A stretch of 64,000 bases of DNA. It comes from Klebsiella phage KPP2018. The translations under genes and the position numbers were made by a program. How positions within the stretch are numbered: the stretch's first letter is position 1; each line of letters opens with the position of its first letter. The stretch lies in sequence record NC_110934.1; one strand, written 5' to 3'. A model generated the notes under the pieces. That model had not been told where the DNA came from and searched no databases. It saw only the letters and a list, made by a program, of their open reading frames with translations. Below are positions 16,154 to 25,695 of the stretch, in pieces.

Positions 16154-16584
16154 GTAATTTCTGGAAATGTGTTTTCAAAAAATGTCTCCTAGAAATAACC
16201 GCCCTCCCTATAACCGCCCTGTATTAAACCGCCTAGTATATGTTCCTAGAAACTTAGGAGAACCGCCCACTAGAAGCGTGATATCTCGTGGGTATTTCGT
16301 GAGAACTCTGGAGTTTCTAGGAAAGTGTATGTGATCCTAGAGATGGGGAGCGGCAACAGGTGTATCATCTTGAACACAGATATTGCCTTTAAATATATTC
16401 GTATGTTTTAAAAGTAAATGATCCCCCATTTCATGTGAGATTCCTCGTGGGGCGCGTGAGTATTACGGAAGAACTCTAATATTGGCCCGCGCTAAGACTA
16501 GCCGCTATAGCACAGACGCAAATAGAGTTGTAATAATCATCGCCCCTAGAGTTCACAATAAGAGTTATTGTTAATCTATGAGAT

Positions 16585-16614
16585 TATTATAACATACATT
16601 TTTAATAACGTCAA
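16585..16614 (-). promoter_or_regulatory. Sigma70 promoter on the minus strand (TTGACG, 18 nt, TATAAT) firing leftward into the GC-rich block
   Basis: Read directly; overlaps the stop of CDS 16611..17366. Confidence 0.55.
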
Positions 16615-17366
16615 GAAGATTTTGCTAACGTTTTTGGATTCTTCCTGGCTTTGAGATATATCCCTTTAGATGCTAGGTAAATATATGTTGCTAGGAATGA
16701 AGATTCTGATCCCGATTCCTCATAGGTTAACGTACCTCTAGGGTATTTATTTGTTTTAGGAGCATAGTTAAGCACAGCCGCAGTTAATGATCCTAATCCT
16801 AGAACATCCGCAAGACGTCTAAAGGTATTCTCTTCATCATGAATAGCATAAAGAATGTTATCTTCAATATCCGTTAATGGAATCTTACGGATATGAGATA
16901 CTGCAATCCGTGCTATCATAGCTCCAATTGTTTTATTAATATCCTCGAAAGAAACACTCTCCATATATTTTAGAGGGGGAAGATGGTCATATTTACATTT
17001 CTTAGGCGGAATAAGAAGTTGTTCAGGGTAAGCCTCTAGTGCCTGACGAACGTTTGCTTCTGGATATGTTGGCAAAGGTTCATCTATAATAACATGTAAA
17101 AAGTTAGCTCTATGCCCTTTAGCAGTTGGATCTAAAGACTTGAGTACTTTATTCATATCCACATATGAATATGCTAGGTCTGCTTGAGGAGCATTAATAT
17201 CAAACTTAATCTTCTTGCCCTCCCATTTAGCAGGGAACATCTCACAAACAAACATTACTGCATGTTTGACGTCTGGCTCTAGCTCTGATAGACATTTGTG
17301 ATCTGCTGTTACTGCTAAAGCGAGTATATTCTTAAATTTATTAGCTTCTTCAATCATATATCCCAT
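16611..17366 (-). CDS. Hypothetical protein, 251 aa
   Basis: ORF. Confidence 0.7.
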   Translation of the reverse strand: MGYMIEEANKFKNILALAVTADHKCLSELEPDVKHAVMFVCEMFPAKWEGKKIKFDINAPQADLAYSYVDMNKVLKSLDPTAKGHRANFLHVIIDEPLPTYPEANVRQALEAYPEQLLIPPKKCKYDHLPPLKYMESVSFEDINKTIGAMIARIAVSHIRKIPLTDIEDNILYAIHDEENTFRRLADVLGLGSLTAAVLNYAPKTNKYPRGTLTYEESGSESSFLATYIYLASKGIYLKARKNPKTLAKSS

Positions 17367-17695
17367 GCCTGCTGACTAGTATCACTAACTTGTGTCTTTT
17401 TCTCTCTTCGTGGTTTAAAAGTTCCTGTAGTATTACTTTTACTAGGTTCTAATTTATACCACAGCATTCCTAGCTGGTTAACCATATGAGCAACATTTCT
17501 AGGGGTCAATGGAGGTAGGGATTCACAGTTTGATATCTCTATTAATATATTAAATAATTCTGTCTCTTTAGCCTTACTGTTTACTACCACCACGTATTCT
17601 AATGTCTCTACCTCAGAATCCTCGTCTTTATAGTAAAGGCTAAGAGTAATTAAATTTTCCCCAGCAGGAGTTATTTTTGTTTTACCAAATATCAT
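17354..17695 (-). CDS. Hypothetical protein, 113 aa
   Basis: ORF. Confidence 0.6.
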   Translation of the reverse strand: MIFGKTKITPAGENLITLSLYYKDEDSEVETLEYVVVVNSKAKETELFNILIEISNCESLPPLTPRNVAHMVNQLGMLWYKLEPSKSNTTGTFKPRREKKTQVSDTSQQAWDI

Positions 17696-18309
17696 TAATT
17701 ACCTCTCTTATCTTCATTAAGCGCAGCTCCCAACGCCTCCATAATAGCATCTTCTAAACTTCCATGTTTACTAGGATCATTAAAATGAATAGCATAAACA
17801 GAACTCCTAGAAACTCCAGCATCCGCAGGTGCTACGCTTCGCATATCAGATTCAAAAGCTTCTTGAGTATGCTTTAACTGTACAGAAGGGCCGTAATCTT
17901 CACCAAACTTGTATGACTGCGTACTACTTATCACACCCCCACAAGGAACATTGTGCATATCCGACATTAATCTTTTATCGGAGTTATTCAGCATTGCGAT
18001 TGGCCCTGACTGCCACGGATCTCGAATAGTTACTGGAGTACTGGGGCGGTTCACTTCAGCCTTCACAAGTTTGTACCCTGCATCGATTAATGCGTTAATT
18101 AGATTATCAGCTGGGATGCGAGCCTTGCCAAAAATCTTACGAGCATCTTCGAGCTTATCCTCAAGATCTTTACATGCTCTAAGGTCAGTGTGTGCAAATG
18201 TTAGCTTCATAGATTTAAATTGTACAGTAGCAGTTAAATCTTTAAAGCTATAATCCCATGTGTTCAGTTCATGATCCGGTACTACTTGAATAGGTTGTTG
18301 TGCAAACAT
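17695..18309 (-). CDS. Hypothetical protein, 204 aa
   Basis: ORF. Confidence 0.7.
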   Translation of the reverse strand: MFAQQPIQVVPDHELNTWDYSFKDLTATVQFKSMKLTFAHTDLRACKDLEDKLEDARKIFGKARIPADNLINALIDAGYKLVKAEVNRPSTPVTIRDPWQSGPIAMLNNSDKRLMSDMHNVPCGGVISSTQSYKFGEDYGPSVQLKHTQEAFESDMRSVAPADAGVSRSSVYAIHFNDPSKHGSLEDAIMEALGAALNEDKRGN

Positions 18310-18494
18310 TATATATTCTCCAGTTTGTCTAACAGTTTATGAGCTGCGATGTTATATTGAAAGAGTTCATTATTGAGAATTTCATTCTCACAGGTTAACT
18401 CTAGATTCTTAGTATTGAGGCGACTGCAAATCAGTATCAGTCCCAGGATTATTAGGAGTGAGCCTCCTAGTAATACAAGAAGTAATGTTTCCAT
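18309..18494 (-). CDS. Small membrane protein, 61 aa
   Basis: ORF with an N-terminal TM segment. Confidence 0.5.
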   Translation of the reverse strand: METLLLVLLGGSLLIILGLILICSRLNTKNLELTCENEILNNELFQYNIAAHKLLDKLENI

Positions 18495-18727
18495 TATTTA
18501 ATTCCCATGTAACGTTTGAGATATCCGATGAAGTCTTCCGCTGTATGCTCTACGCTACCTTGAGCTACGAATAGCTTGAGAGCTTCACGTTGTAGTTTGA
18601 GAGCAGCTAACTCACCCCGTAATTTTATCAGATCTTCTGCTAGTTCTCTAGCTCTACGCATAATAACAAAAGATACAAGTACTACGATGAATAACATAAC
18701 TACTAAAATAATTGCTATGATTTCCAT
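18494..18727 (-). CDS. Small membrane/coiled-coil protein, 77 aa
   Basis: ORF. Confidence 0.5.
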   Translation of the reverse strand: MEIIAIILVVMLFIVVLVSFVIMRRARELAEDLIKLRGELAALKLQREALKLFVAQGSVEHTAEDFIGYLKRYMGIK

Positions 18728-19005
18728 ATTAACATCCAGCTTTTATCACACATTTGGGCATGGTCTATCAGTTCATTCATTGATGTATTGTTATCATAAA
18801 TGCACTCTAGTATATACCTTCTATCAAATTCGTCAACCAAATATTCTACGTTATTTATTACTACTTTATACAGATCTGGGACTAGAGAGCATGTATTTGG
18901 TACGGGGCGACTGCTTAAGTCTATTTCGTTTTTACCCCATTCTGTTTTAAATAGTTTGTTACTAAGTGCTGCTAATGGGTTTGACCACACAATATAGCTA
19001 CTCAC
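18715..19005 (-). CDS. Hypothetical protein, 96 aa
   Basis: ORF. Confidence 0.55.
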   Translation of the reverse strand: MSSYIVWSNPLAALSNKLFKTEWGKNEIDLSSRPVPNTCSLVPDLYKVVINNVEYLVDEFDRRYILECIYDNNTSMNELIDHAQMCDKSWMLIWKS

Positions 19006-19546
19006 TATTTATCTCCCTTCTTAACTTTGAAAACTTATTATACCAAACTATATGATTATCGTCAATTACAAATTTATGATAACATGCTGGCACGGTATAA
19101 GTTCCATAATCCGTGACACGCTGCACAACCTTGTGTGCACACAGTCGACAACCATGCCCTTCTAAATGAGATCTAGCAGTTTGCCAGTAATACCCTTCAT
19201 GATCTGGGCAATAGATCTCGACTTGCTGTTGCATTGTTTTATAATTTACACGCTCATACCCAAAGAAAGCTCCATGAACTGCAACAGCTTTCTTGATAAA
19301 TATAAGGTTTAGTGCTTCTTGCTGAAAGTCGGGATGTAGCTGCTTAATCTTAGTTCTATTAATAGATCCATCCGATTTGATAAACCTATTTATTGGGAAG
19401 TTGTTAGCTTCCTCGATTAGTAATTCATTTACTTTTTCTCTCATATTAGATATTCTCACACCTAAGGTAGAAACATTCGTAAGCATCACCAGTAAACTCT
19501 TTACCTTGTAGTATACATTTAGCCTGGTCTTCTGGTACTCCGGCAT
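18998..19546 (-). CDS. Hypothetical protein, 182 aa, with a Cys/His cluster (CPDHEG...HGCRLCAH); possibly an HNH-like zinc motif
   Basis: ORF. Confidence 0.6.
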   Translation of the reverse strand: MPEYQKTRLNVYYKVKSLLVMLTNVSTLGVRISNMREKVNELLIEEANNFPINRFIKSDGSINRTKIKQLHPDFQQEALNLIFIKKAVAVHGAFFGYERVNYKTMQQQVEIYCPDHEGYYWQTARSHLEGHGCRLCAHKVVQRVTDYGTYTVPACYHKFVIDDNHIVWYNKFSKLRREINSE

Positions 19547-19670
19547 CTAATAATTGTTGTTTACTTGGCTTTTCAGCGAATACCTTTACAAAATATTCAC
19601 CATCCTGATTATACTCATTTATATCTCTAGTAAGGACATATACTTGCATTTGAAATTCCTTGAAACACAA
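19446..19670 (-). CDS. Hypothetical protein, 74 aa
   Basis: ORF. Confidence 0.5.
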   Translation of the reverse strand: MCFKEFQMQVYVLTRDINEYNQDGEYFVKVFAEKPSKQQLLDAGVPEDQAKCILQGKEFTGDAYECFYLRCENI

Positions 19671-19700
19671 AAGGCCAGAACAATTAAGTCCTGGCCTCTA
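19668..19700 (-). terminator. Rho-independent terminator (aggccag...ctggcct plus a T-run)
   Basis: Hairpin and tttttgtgttt on the minus strand. Confidence 0.55.
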
Positions 19701-19703
19701 GAA

Positions 19704-20141
19704 TTAATGAAGTTGTTTACCACTTCTTAACATAGTGGCCGTTTCCATAAGATTTAACGTTGTATCACGCTTTTTGATTTGTTTGTCGAGTTCATCGGTG
19801 CGTTTGCCAATGTAAGCGTTAATAGCCATATTCATAGCTGAGGCGAGATCTTCTTTGGTTATCTCTTCATCATCTAAGGCTAATTTAGCCAAAGAATCGA
19901 ACGCAATAGAAAGTCCTATAAGATCTGAGGTTTCACTAGCTAAGATGGGATCAATATTATCTATTGTTACTTCTAACATAGAGTTAACAATATCTTCTCC
20001 GTCTACTAGACCAGATTCAATATTACTCTCCCATTCCTTCATCTGCTCCAGCAATGGATTTTTCTTTTCTGTCATGGTAGAGATTTCCTGTGTCAGTTGG
20101 TAAGAAGGACGATTGAGCTTTAGGTGGATGTTGTTTAGCAA
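19704..20141 (-). CDS. Acidic hypothetical protein, 145 aa
   Basis: ORF. Confidence 0.6.
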   Translation of the reverse strand: MLNNIHLKLNRPSYQLTQEISTMTEKKNPLLEQMKEWESNIESGLVDGEDIVNSMLEVTIDNIDPILASETSDLIGLSIAFDSLAKLALDDEEITKEDLASAMNMAINAYIGKRTDELDKQIKKRDTTLNLMETATMLRSGKQLH

Positions 20142-20484
20142 TCCAGTTAAGAATCAGCACACGACTAGGAACAATATCAGTGTTGTACCAGAAATCGTGA
20201 ACCCATTGACGAGCATCCTCAAACTTACCAAATTTATATGCTTTCTTAAACAATTTAAACCCAAAACAATCTGGTGTAAAGTCTACTTCACGATACTGAA
20301 CTACTTTAGAACCGGTTAGGTCTTGGATTGCTGCATTAATTTCTGTATGAGAGAATTTTGTTTCGTGAAACTTATTAAAGAATCGGTAGTTGAAGCGTCC
20401 GTTCGTTTCGACAAACAACTGGATAAAGAGATCGTTAAATTGATTATCAAACCAGTAATTCTGTAGTTGTTGTAGTGCTGTCAT
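20023..20484 (-). CDS. Hypothetical protein, 153 aa (5' end overlaps the previous ORF, so the start is uncertain)
   Basis: ORF. Confidence 0.55.
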   Translation of the reverse strand: MTALQQLQNYWFDNQFNDLFIQLFVETNGRFNYRFFNKFHETKFSHTEINAAIQDLTGSKVVQYREVDFTPDCFGFKLFKKAYKFGKFEDARQWVHDFWYNTDIVPSRVLILNWIAKQHPPKAQSSFLPTDTGNLYHDRKEKSIAGADEGMGE

Positions 20485-20681
20485 TTACGAACTCCGTTAA
20501 TTGCCACGATGATGCCTTCGTACATAAAAGGAAGTAGTTCAGAAGTGTAGAAGATATTTTCCGTTATTCCTAGATGTCGAAAAAGTATATTAAATAATGC
20601 TGTTAGAAATACAATCTGAGGCAGTAATACAAAATACTCAGTTACAATCTTTGGTGCCTGATAAACAAGACGTTTTATCAT
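20481..20681 (-). CDS. Small membrane protein, 66 aa
   Basis: ORF. Confidence 0.45.
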   Translation of the reverse strand: MIKRLVYQAPKIVTEYFVLLPQIVFLTALFNILFRHLGITENIFYTSELLPFMYEGIIVAINGVRK

Positions 20682-20780
20682 TGTTTTTAAGTCTCCTTAT
20701 TACTTTGGCCTGCTCCACAATAATAAAAACTGCAAGCACTAATAGTGCTATTAGCCCCGCAGTAATTGGTACTAAATCAA

Positions 20781-21107
20781 TCATGGGAGACGCCATACGT
20801 AATTAGCTGTCTGTAGGATCTTAGGTGTGTCATTATGATACATTACTACAGACTTTGGTGAATAACTATCAGCTAGTTCTTTACGAATCATCTTACATTC
20901 TTCACCAGTATCGATATTTTTAACTATCACTTTCATATTAAGAGGTGTTAATACAGAAAGTGGTTTCCAAGAGTCCTCAATTTCAATTCCTACCTTTTTC
21001 TCGATTAACATGAGAACTTCTAGTGTATCATCTGGAATACTAATATTATTATTCACAAACTGTAATATCTCATGTAAGGTATTTAATTCATTAAAATTAA
21101 GCTTCAT
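20781..21107 (-). CDS. Hypothetical protein, 108 aa
   Basis: ORF. Confidence 0.6.
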   Translation of the reverse strand: MKLNFNELNTLHEILQFVNNNISIPDDTLEVLMLIEKKVGIEIEDSWKPLSVLTPLNMKVIVKNIDTGEECKMIRKELADSYSPKSVVMYHNDTPKILQTANYVWRLP

Positions 21108-21342
21108 CTTTAAGAATATCCTCTACCATATCACAAGACTGTTGCAATTCATCAGCAATACGTTTAATATCGGTTTTTGTTACTTTACCAACTAACATCA
21201 CCAGTAACATAGAAAAGATAATAAGTGGAACTGGAATAACAAATAAAGCTACTTTAGCTACATTCTTTGGTGCCCATGTGTGGTATTTAGTAACCAGTAC
21301 ACCAACCACAATTAGATAAAACGCTAGAATAAACATCATCAT
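21097..21342 (-). CDS. Small membrane protein, 81 aa
   Basis: ORF. Confidence 0.5.
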   Translation of the reverse strand: MMMFILAFYLIVVGVLVTKYHTWAPKNVAKVALFVIPVPLIIFSMLLVMLVGKVTKTDIKRIADELQQSCDMVEDILKDEA

Positions 21343-21620
21343 TTTTTAATCTCCGTAATTATCTGTGCGCGCATTACTTTATTAGGTAATTTTGTATTCC
21401 CAGCTATTGCTTCAATATTGTTTAGTTTTTCTTTTAGAATATCTGAGCGTCTTTGTGCTAGTTCAATATCTTGTTCTTGTTCTATTAAGCGGCAGTGAAG
21501 TCCACTATTAGTAGTAAGCATACTCTCCATATTTTTTCGCATGCTTACAATACCAATAATCCCACCAATCGCTGCTAGTGTCATAAGAACTAGTAGTCCA
21601 ATGAGAATTTCAGTTAACAT
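21339..21620 (-). CDS. Small membrane/coiled-coil protein, 93 aa
   Basis: ORF. Confidence 0.5.
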   Translation of the reverse strand: MLTEILIGLLVLMTLAAIGGIIGIVSMRKNMESMLTTNSGLHCRLIEQEQDIELAQRRSDILKEKLNNIEAIAGNTKLPNKVMRAQIITEIKK

Positions 21621-21780
21621 TAAATACTCCTACATTTTTCGTTATCTGGGACTAATTTACACATTTCTACTTTCAGTTCTTTTGCTGAGTTTTCTAGTTT
21701 AGAAACTTTATTGTGAATAAGTCCCAAAAATATCGCTTGGAAAACTACCATTATTGCTACTAATGCTAGTTTATTCTCCA

Positions 21781-22050
21781 TTATTTCTTACCTTTCAGTT
21801 GCTTAACTTCACGCTCAAAAGATGCTGCACGACGTTCAGCAGTTGCCTGGTGCTCTTTCGCAAAACGAGCTTCCTGTTTTGCGAGGTTGAATGCCATAGC
21901 ATTCTTATTCAGAGAATCATACATCTTTTTCATTGCCGGAATAGACATCTTCATGAGCTGACCCTCAAAACCCTGCATGTCGAGGAGAATTGCCAGAACG
22001 TTAGCCATTTCGTTTTTAGTCATGTTTTCCATTAGAATTTCCTCTCTCAT
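21781..22050 (-). CDS. Hypothetical protein, 89 aa
   Basis: ORF; promoter at 22045..22112. Confidence 0.55.
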   Translation of the reverse strand: MREEILMENMTKNEMANVLAILLDMQGFEGQLMKMSIPAMKKMYDSLNKNAMAFNLAKQEARFAKEHQATAERRAASFEREVKQLKGKK

Positions 22051-22112
22051 TAATTTATGAACTTATTATACAGAATTTTAAGGCTTAAAGCAACTGAATT
22101 TTTTAATTACTT
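22045..22112 (-). promoter_or_regulatory. T5-type early promoter
   Basis: Motif family. Confidence 0.7.
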
Positions 22113-22542
22113 ACCAATCGTTAACAACGCCGGAGAACTCAGAAGCAAAAACTTTTTCAAATTTCTCTGCAATTTCAGGATGATCTTTGCAGATCAGCTC
22201 AATACAGGCTTCTGGAGTCATTCCTTCATCTTCAGGATCACCATAGTATTTATCCCAAAGATCATCAGGAATGATATGCTCCGCCAAATCTTGGAAAGAG
22301 ATTAACTGATAACGTTCTGCCTCCTCAGCGATAAGAATTTCGCACAGATCTTTATCTATATCGCTACGATAATCAGCAATTAATAGGGCATTGCAAGCAT
22401 GACATTCCCAGACCATCAAACGTTCAGAGATAGGATTAGACTTATCTTGAACGTAAGACTGGAACAAGGTTCGGAAAGTTGCCTTAACTTGTTCAAACTT
22501 ATCTGCTGCTGCGAAAACTAGAGCTTTATCAACTTTGTTCAT
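22111..22542 (-). CDS. Hypothetical protein, 143 aa
   Basis: ORF. Confidence 0.65.
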   Translation of the reverse strand: MNKVDKALVFAAADKFEQVKATFRTLFQSYVQDKSNPISERLMVWECHACNALLIADYRSDIDKDLCEILIAEEAERYQLISFQDLAEHIIPDDLWDKYYGDPEDEGMTPEACIELICKDHPEIAEKFEKVFASEFSGVVNDW

Positions 22543-22552
22543 TTTGATTCCT

Positions 22553-22625
22553 TCTCATCAATTTATAAAGTAATTATATAGAAACTTAAGCATTTTAGCA
22601 AATAAAACTTTTAATTAAAATGCCT
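22553..22625 (-). promoter_or_regulatory. T5-type early promoter
   Basis: Motif family. Confidence 0.7.
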
Positions 22626-22709
22626 AATCCTATGCCAATAGCAATACAAATGATTATAAGTATTGCTATCGCTTGTATGATTCGTTTAATAATAGCCTCA
22701 GCTATATAT

Positions 22710-23231
22710 TCAGACATTTAACATCCAGCTAGTTTTATCATGTGAGGTATACTTACCACTCATGATGTCTTCCAGACGTACTGGTGATTTTGCATACTCG
22801 ACACAAACGTTAATATAACGGGGATCCCCCATTAGCTCAAAGTGAGTATGCCCATGTAAGTTCTTCTTACCTCTCAGCTCCCCATGGTGTATTGGAGCAT
22901 GGGAAAGCCAGAAGTTTTTATACTTAACTAGTGATTGTACATTATCTACAATCCCTATTAAGTCTTTGAAAGATAATCCTTCTCGTTCTAAGTCGTGGTT
23001 TCCCAAAACTAACGTAGTTCTAACATTGCCAAAGAGTTTTTCGAACTTCTCCAAACCATTTCTAGATACAAATGCGTCTCCTAAAATATAGAATACTGTA
23101 CGCTTATCTTTCACGGATGTAATAGTATCCATAATAAATTCGTCATGCTCTTCCATAGTAGAGAAGATTGGTCTGAATTTAGTAATATTTGCATGCCCCA
23201 AGTGGAGGTCACTCCAAAAGCGAACTTTCAT
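22710..23231 (-). CDS. Calcineurin-like metallophosphatase, 173 aa
   Basis: DLHLGH...GDAF...GNHD motifs. Confidence 0.7.
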   Translation of the reverse strand: MKVRFWSDLHLGHANITKFRPIFSTMEEHDEFIMDTITSVKDKRTVFYILGDAFVSRNGLEKFEKLFGNVRTTLVLGNHDLEREGLSFKDLIGIVDNVQSLVKYKNFWLSHAPIHHGELRGKKNLHGHTHFELMGDPRYINVCVEYAKSPVRLEDIMSGKYTSHDKTSWMLNV

Positions 23232-24106
23232 TAAAGAACCCTCTGTACACCACAGCTATCTTCCCGGAGTGTAGTAAATGTGGTGATTTTACCCGTTTCA
23301 TCGTTAACTTGCGCAACCGTCAACTGCCCGTTGAAAACACCGCCAGTATCAAGATAAACACGGTTTTTATAAAGAAGTGGGTAAGGAACCCCAGTATGTC
23401 CGTGAAACACGAAATCTACACCTTTAACTTCTGGCACTTCTACCATGTATTTTTCTTTAAATCCTGCATAACGCTGGAAGTACGGGTGTTCCTCACCATT
23501 TTTGGACAAGTAGAAGCCTATTTCTTGGACTACATCTCGATCCCATAAATATGGTTCAATATGGTATCCAGGATGGTCATGTGGGTCTTCCTTAGCTGCT
23601 TCTACTTGTGCAATAAGATTATCCCATACTGGGGTTTCTACTTCATTACCACATTCTTTGTACGTAAAAGGTACGCCACCGTGAACAACACCATACTTCT
23701 TACCACGATGTCTAACAGTTAAGAATACTGGCATTTTTTCAGCCATATCTTCGGCAATATTTTTAATGGTGTCTGCATCCAGCTCATCCATGGCCCACAT
23801 ACCACCGTTATACATCCAATTAGCCCAATCTCCTGCAATCATAAATTGGTCATGATTACCACGGACACTGATAAAATGTGGATTATACAGGAATTTGGCT
23901 AAAACTTGTAGGTTTTGTGTGCCTCGGTCAATTAAGTCACCAACACATACTAAGCAATCTTTTTTGCCATTATACCTTGCTAATTTCAACGCATCTTCTA
24001 GCAAATCATTGCATCCATGAATATCACCAACGAAAAATAAGTTGGCGTCATCAGGCACTACTAGAGTTTTATGTACATTAAATTCTTTTTTCATAATTAT
24101 TCCCAA
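23231..24106 (-). CDS. Ser/Thr protein phosphatase (PP-lambda-like), 291 aa
   Basis: GDIHGC...GDLIDRG...GNHD motifs. Confidence 0.8.
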   Translation of the reverse strand: MGIIMKKEFNVHKTLVVPDDANLFFVGDIHGCNDLLEDALKLARYNGKKDCLVCVGDLIDRGTQNLQVLAKFLYNPHFISVRGNHDQFMIAGDWANWMYNGGMWAMDELDADTIKNIAEDMAEKMPVFLTVRHRGKKYGVVHGGVPFTYKECGNEVETPVWDNLIAQVEAAKEDPHDHPGYHIEPYLWDRDVVQEIGFYLSKNGEEHPYFQRYAGFKEKYMVEVPEVKGVDFVFHGHTGVPYPLLYKNRVYLDTGGVFNGQLTVAQVNDETGKITTFTTLREDSCGVQRVL

Positions 24107-24342
24107 ATAACAGTTAAAATAGTTGTGCCATAATCATTAGATAGTTGGAGAGTATAACCCTCTTTATAGAGGGCTTTTATAGCTTCATAACTAATTTCAT
24201 CACGATTAAACTGTACAAAAGAACCTCCAATCTCCACGGAAGAAACTATTCTCTTTTTAACGTATTTATATGGTTTCTTTCTACTCTTAAGGAGTGTAGC
24301 TCTATTTATTCTAGCTAAACGTTTTGCTTGTTCCGCTAACAT
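24097..24342 (-). CDS. Hypothetical protein, 81 aa
   Basis: ORF. Confidence 0.5.
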   Translation of the reverse strand: MLAEQAKRLARINRATLLKSRKKPYKYVKKRIVSSVEIGGSFVQFNRDEISYEAIKALYKEGYTLQLSNDYGTTILTVIWE

Positions 24343-24346
24343 TTAA

Positions 24347-24781
24347 TTATCTCCAGTGATTAGTATGCTTCTCAGCTTCCTCATCGTTAGGCTCAAAGAC
24401 AACATGGCAGTCAACTGCTTCCCAAAAAGCCTCACGGATTAAAGAGTTTTTAGCTGAAATGTCTAATTCTCCCCACTCTTCTAAAGTCTCTAGGTCTGTA
24501 TCAACTTCGGTATCACAGCCAACCAACCCCAAAGAAACAACAATAGTAACGCGATCTTCACGTTGTTCGGGATAAACATCAGCATATTCCCAAGCAGCTT
24601 CTTCAACATAATATTGTTGTTCCTTTTCTGGAAGTGACTTATACTTTTCTTCTGTAATACCCATCTCAACGGCGCGAGTACCACATACTACATTATTATT
24701 AATAATTAGATATGCATAGTTCATCGTAATACTCCTATTTCTTGAAGGGCAAAGAAAGCCATTAATATGACTAAAATCCAT
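24347..24781 (-). CDS. Acidic hypothetical protein, 144 aa
   Basis: ORF. Confidence 0.6.
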   Translation of the reverse strand: MDFSHINGFLCPSRNRSITMNYAYLIINNNVVCGTRAVEMGITEEKYKSLPEKEQQYYVEEAAWEYADVYPEQREDRVTIVVSLGLVGCDTEVDTDLETLEEWGELDISAKNSLIREAFWEAVDCHVVFEPNDEEAEKHTNHWR

Positions 24782-24814
24782 ACAAAGATATGTGACATAA
24801 TCATATTAATGTCT

Positions 24815-24885
24815 CTCATCAATTTATATAAGTATTATACCAAAATTTTTAGCAAAAAGCAAGTAAAATAAAAGCCTGATCAGCT
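24815..24885 (-). promoter_or_regulatory. T5-type early promoter
   Basis: Motif family. Confidence 0.7.
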
Positions 24886-24900
24886 AAGATCAGGCTTTGT
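24868..24900 (-). terminator. Rho-independent terminator (agcctgatc...gatcaggct plus a T-run)
   Basis: Hairpin with T-runs on both strands. Confidence 0.55.
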
Positions 24901-24903
24901 TTA

Positions 24904-25194
24904 TTAGTCCTCTGGATTATCATCCAGGAAATTTTTAATAGCTTCGTGCATAGTTTCTTTACGAAGCTGACGTCCAATCAGAATATGATTAGCTTCTATT
25001 CGACCATTAGGTAAGCGATCCGCCAGAACTACTACAGGAACTTGGCGCACACCAAATTTCTGCATTAATTCTGTATTATCAGTCTCTTTATGGATTTCCA
25101 AATTATAGTCATTGACTACTTTATCAAATACTGGCTCAAACATTTTGCAAGGGTTGCAAGTAGAACCTTTCAATAGATATACTAATTTACTCAT
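24904..25194 (-). CDS. Thioredoxin/glutaredoxin-like protein, 96 aa (CNPC motif)
   Basis: CxxC active-site motif near the N-terminus. Confidence 0.6.
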   Translation of the reverse strand: MSKLVYLLKGSTCNPCKMFEPVFDKVVNDYNLEIHKETDNTELMQKFGVRQVPVVVLADRLPNGRIEANHILIGRQLRKETMHEAIKNFLDDNPED

Positions 25195-25618
25195 AGTTAT
25201 TAATGGCCTCTAAGAAGTTTCTCATAGTTTTTACGGTTGCAGTGCTTAGATCAAGATTTACACCCAAACACTCGGTTAATGCCTCCTGATAAGGAGCCTT
25301 CAATCTGCCTTCTGGGACTTCTACCTTTTTATACTCTTTATTTTTGACCTTTTTAATCATAGTCTCTAGTACAAGAAGCGGTAATTTAGCACCTTCAATA
25401 TCAGTACCCAAAAGTTCAGTTAAAATTTTATTAAGATCAAGACGAGTTAACTTTTTGCCCTTAGACATAGATGCACCTACCTTTGTATCAATAGATTTTT
25501 CCGCTTTCTTTTCGAGCTTTTTGTACTCAGGAGAGTCATGATCACGGAGTGCAATGTTTAGCTCGTAATGTGGTATACGAAAATGTTCCGCCATTTGAGT
25601 ATAGAAACGATCAGACAT
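25187..25618 (-). CDS. Hypothetical protein, 143 aa
   Basis: ORF; promoter at 25625..25695. Confidence 0.6.
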   Translation of the reverse strand: MSDRFYTQMAEHFRIPHYELNIALRDHDSPEYKKLEKKAEKSIDTKVGASMSKGKKLTRLDLNKILTELLGTDIEGAKLPLLVLETMIKKVKNKEYKKVEVPEGRLKAPYQEALTECLGVNLDLSTATVKTMRNFLEAINNYE

Positions 25619-25624
25619 AATATA

Positions 25625-25695
25625 TACCTCTCTTAACTAATTTATGTATATATTATATAATAACTAGGGCTAAAAGTCAACTACTTTTTTATCTT
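25625..25695 (-). promoter_or_regulatory. T5-type early promoter
   Basis: Motif family. Confidence 0.65.

Larger units (their letters stand above)
13594..16560. other. Compositionally distinct (visibly GC-richer) block: a fragment of a truncated ORF, an operon of 6 small genes, then about 1.65 kb of iteron/DnaA-box/palindrome-rich non-coding DNA
   Basis: Abrupt composition change at 13594; features listed individually below. Confidence 0.8.
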
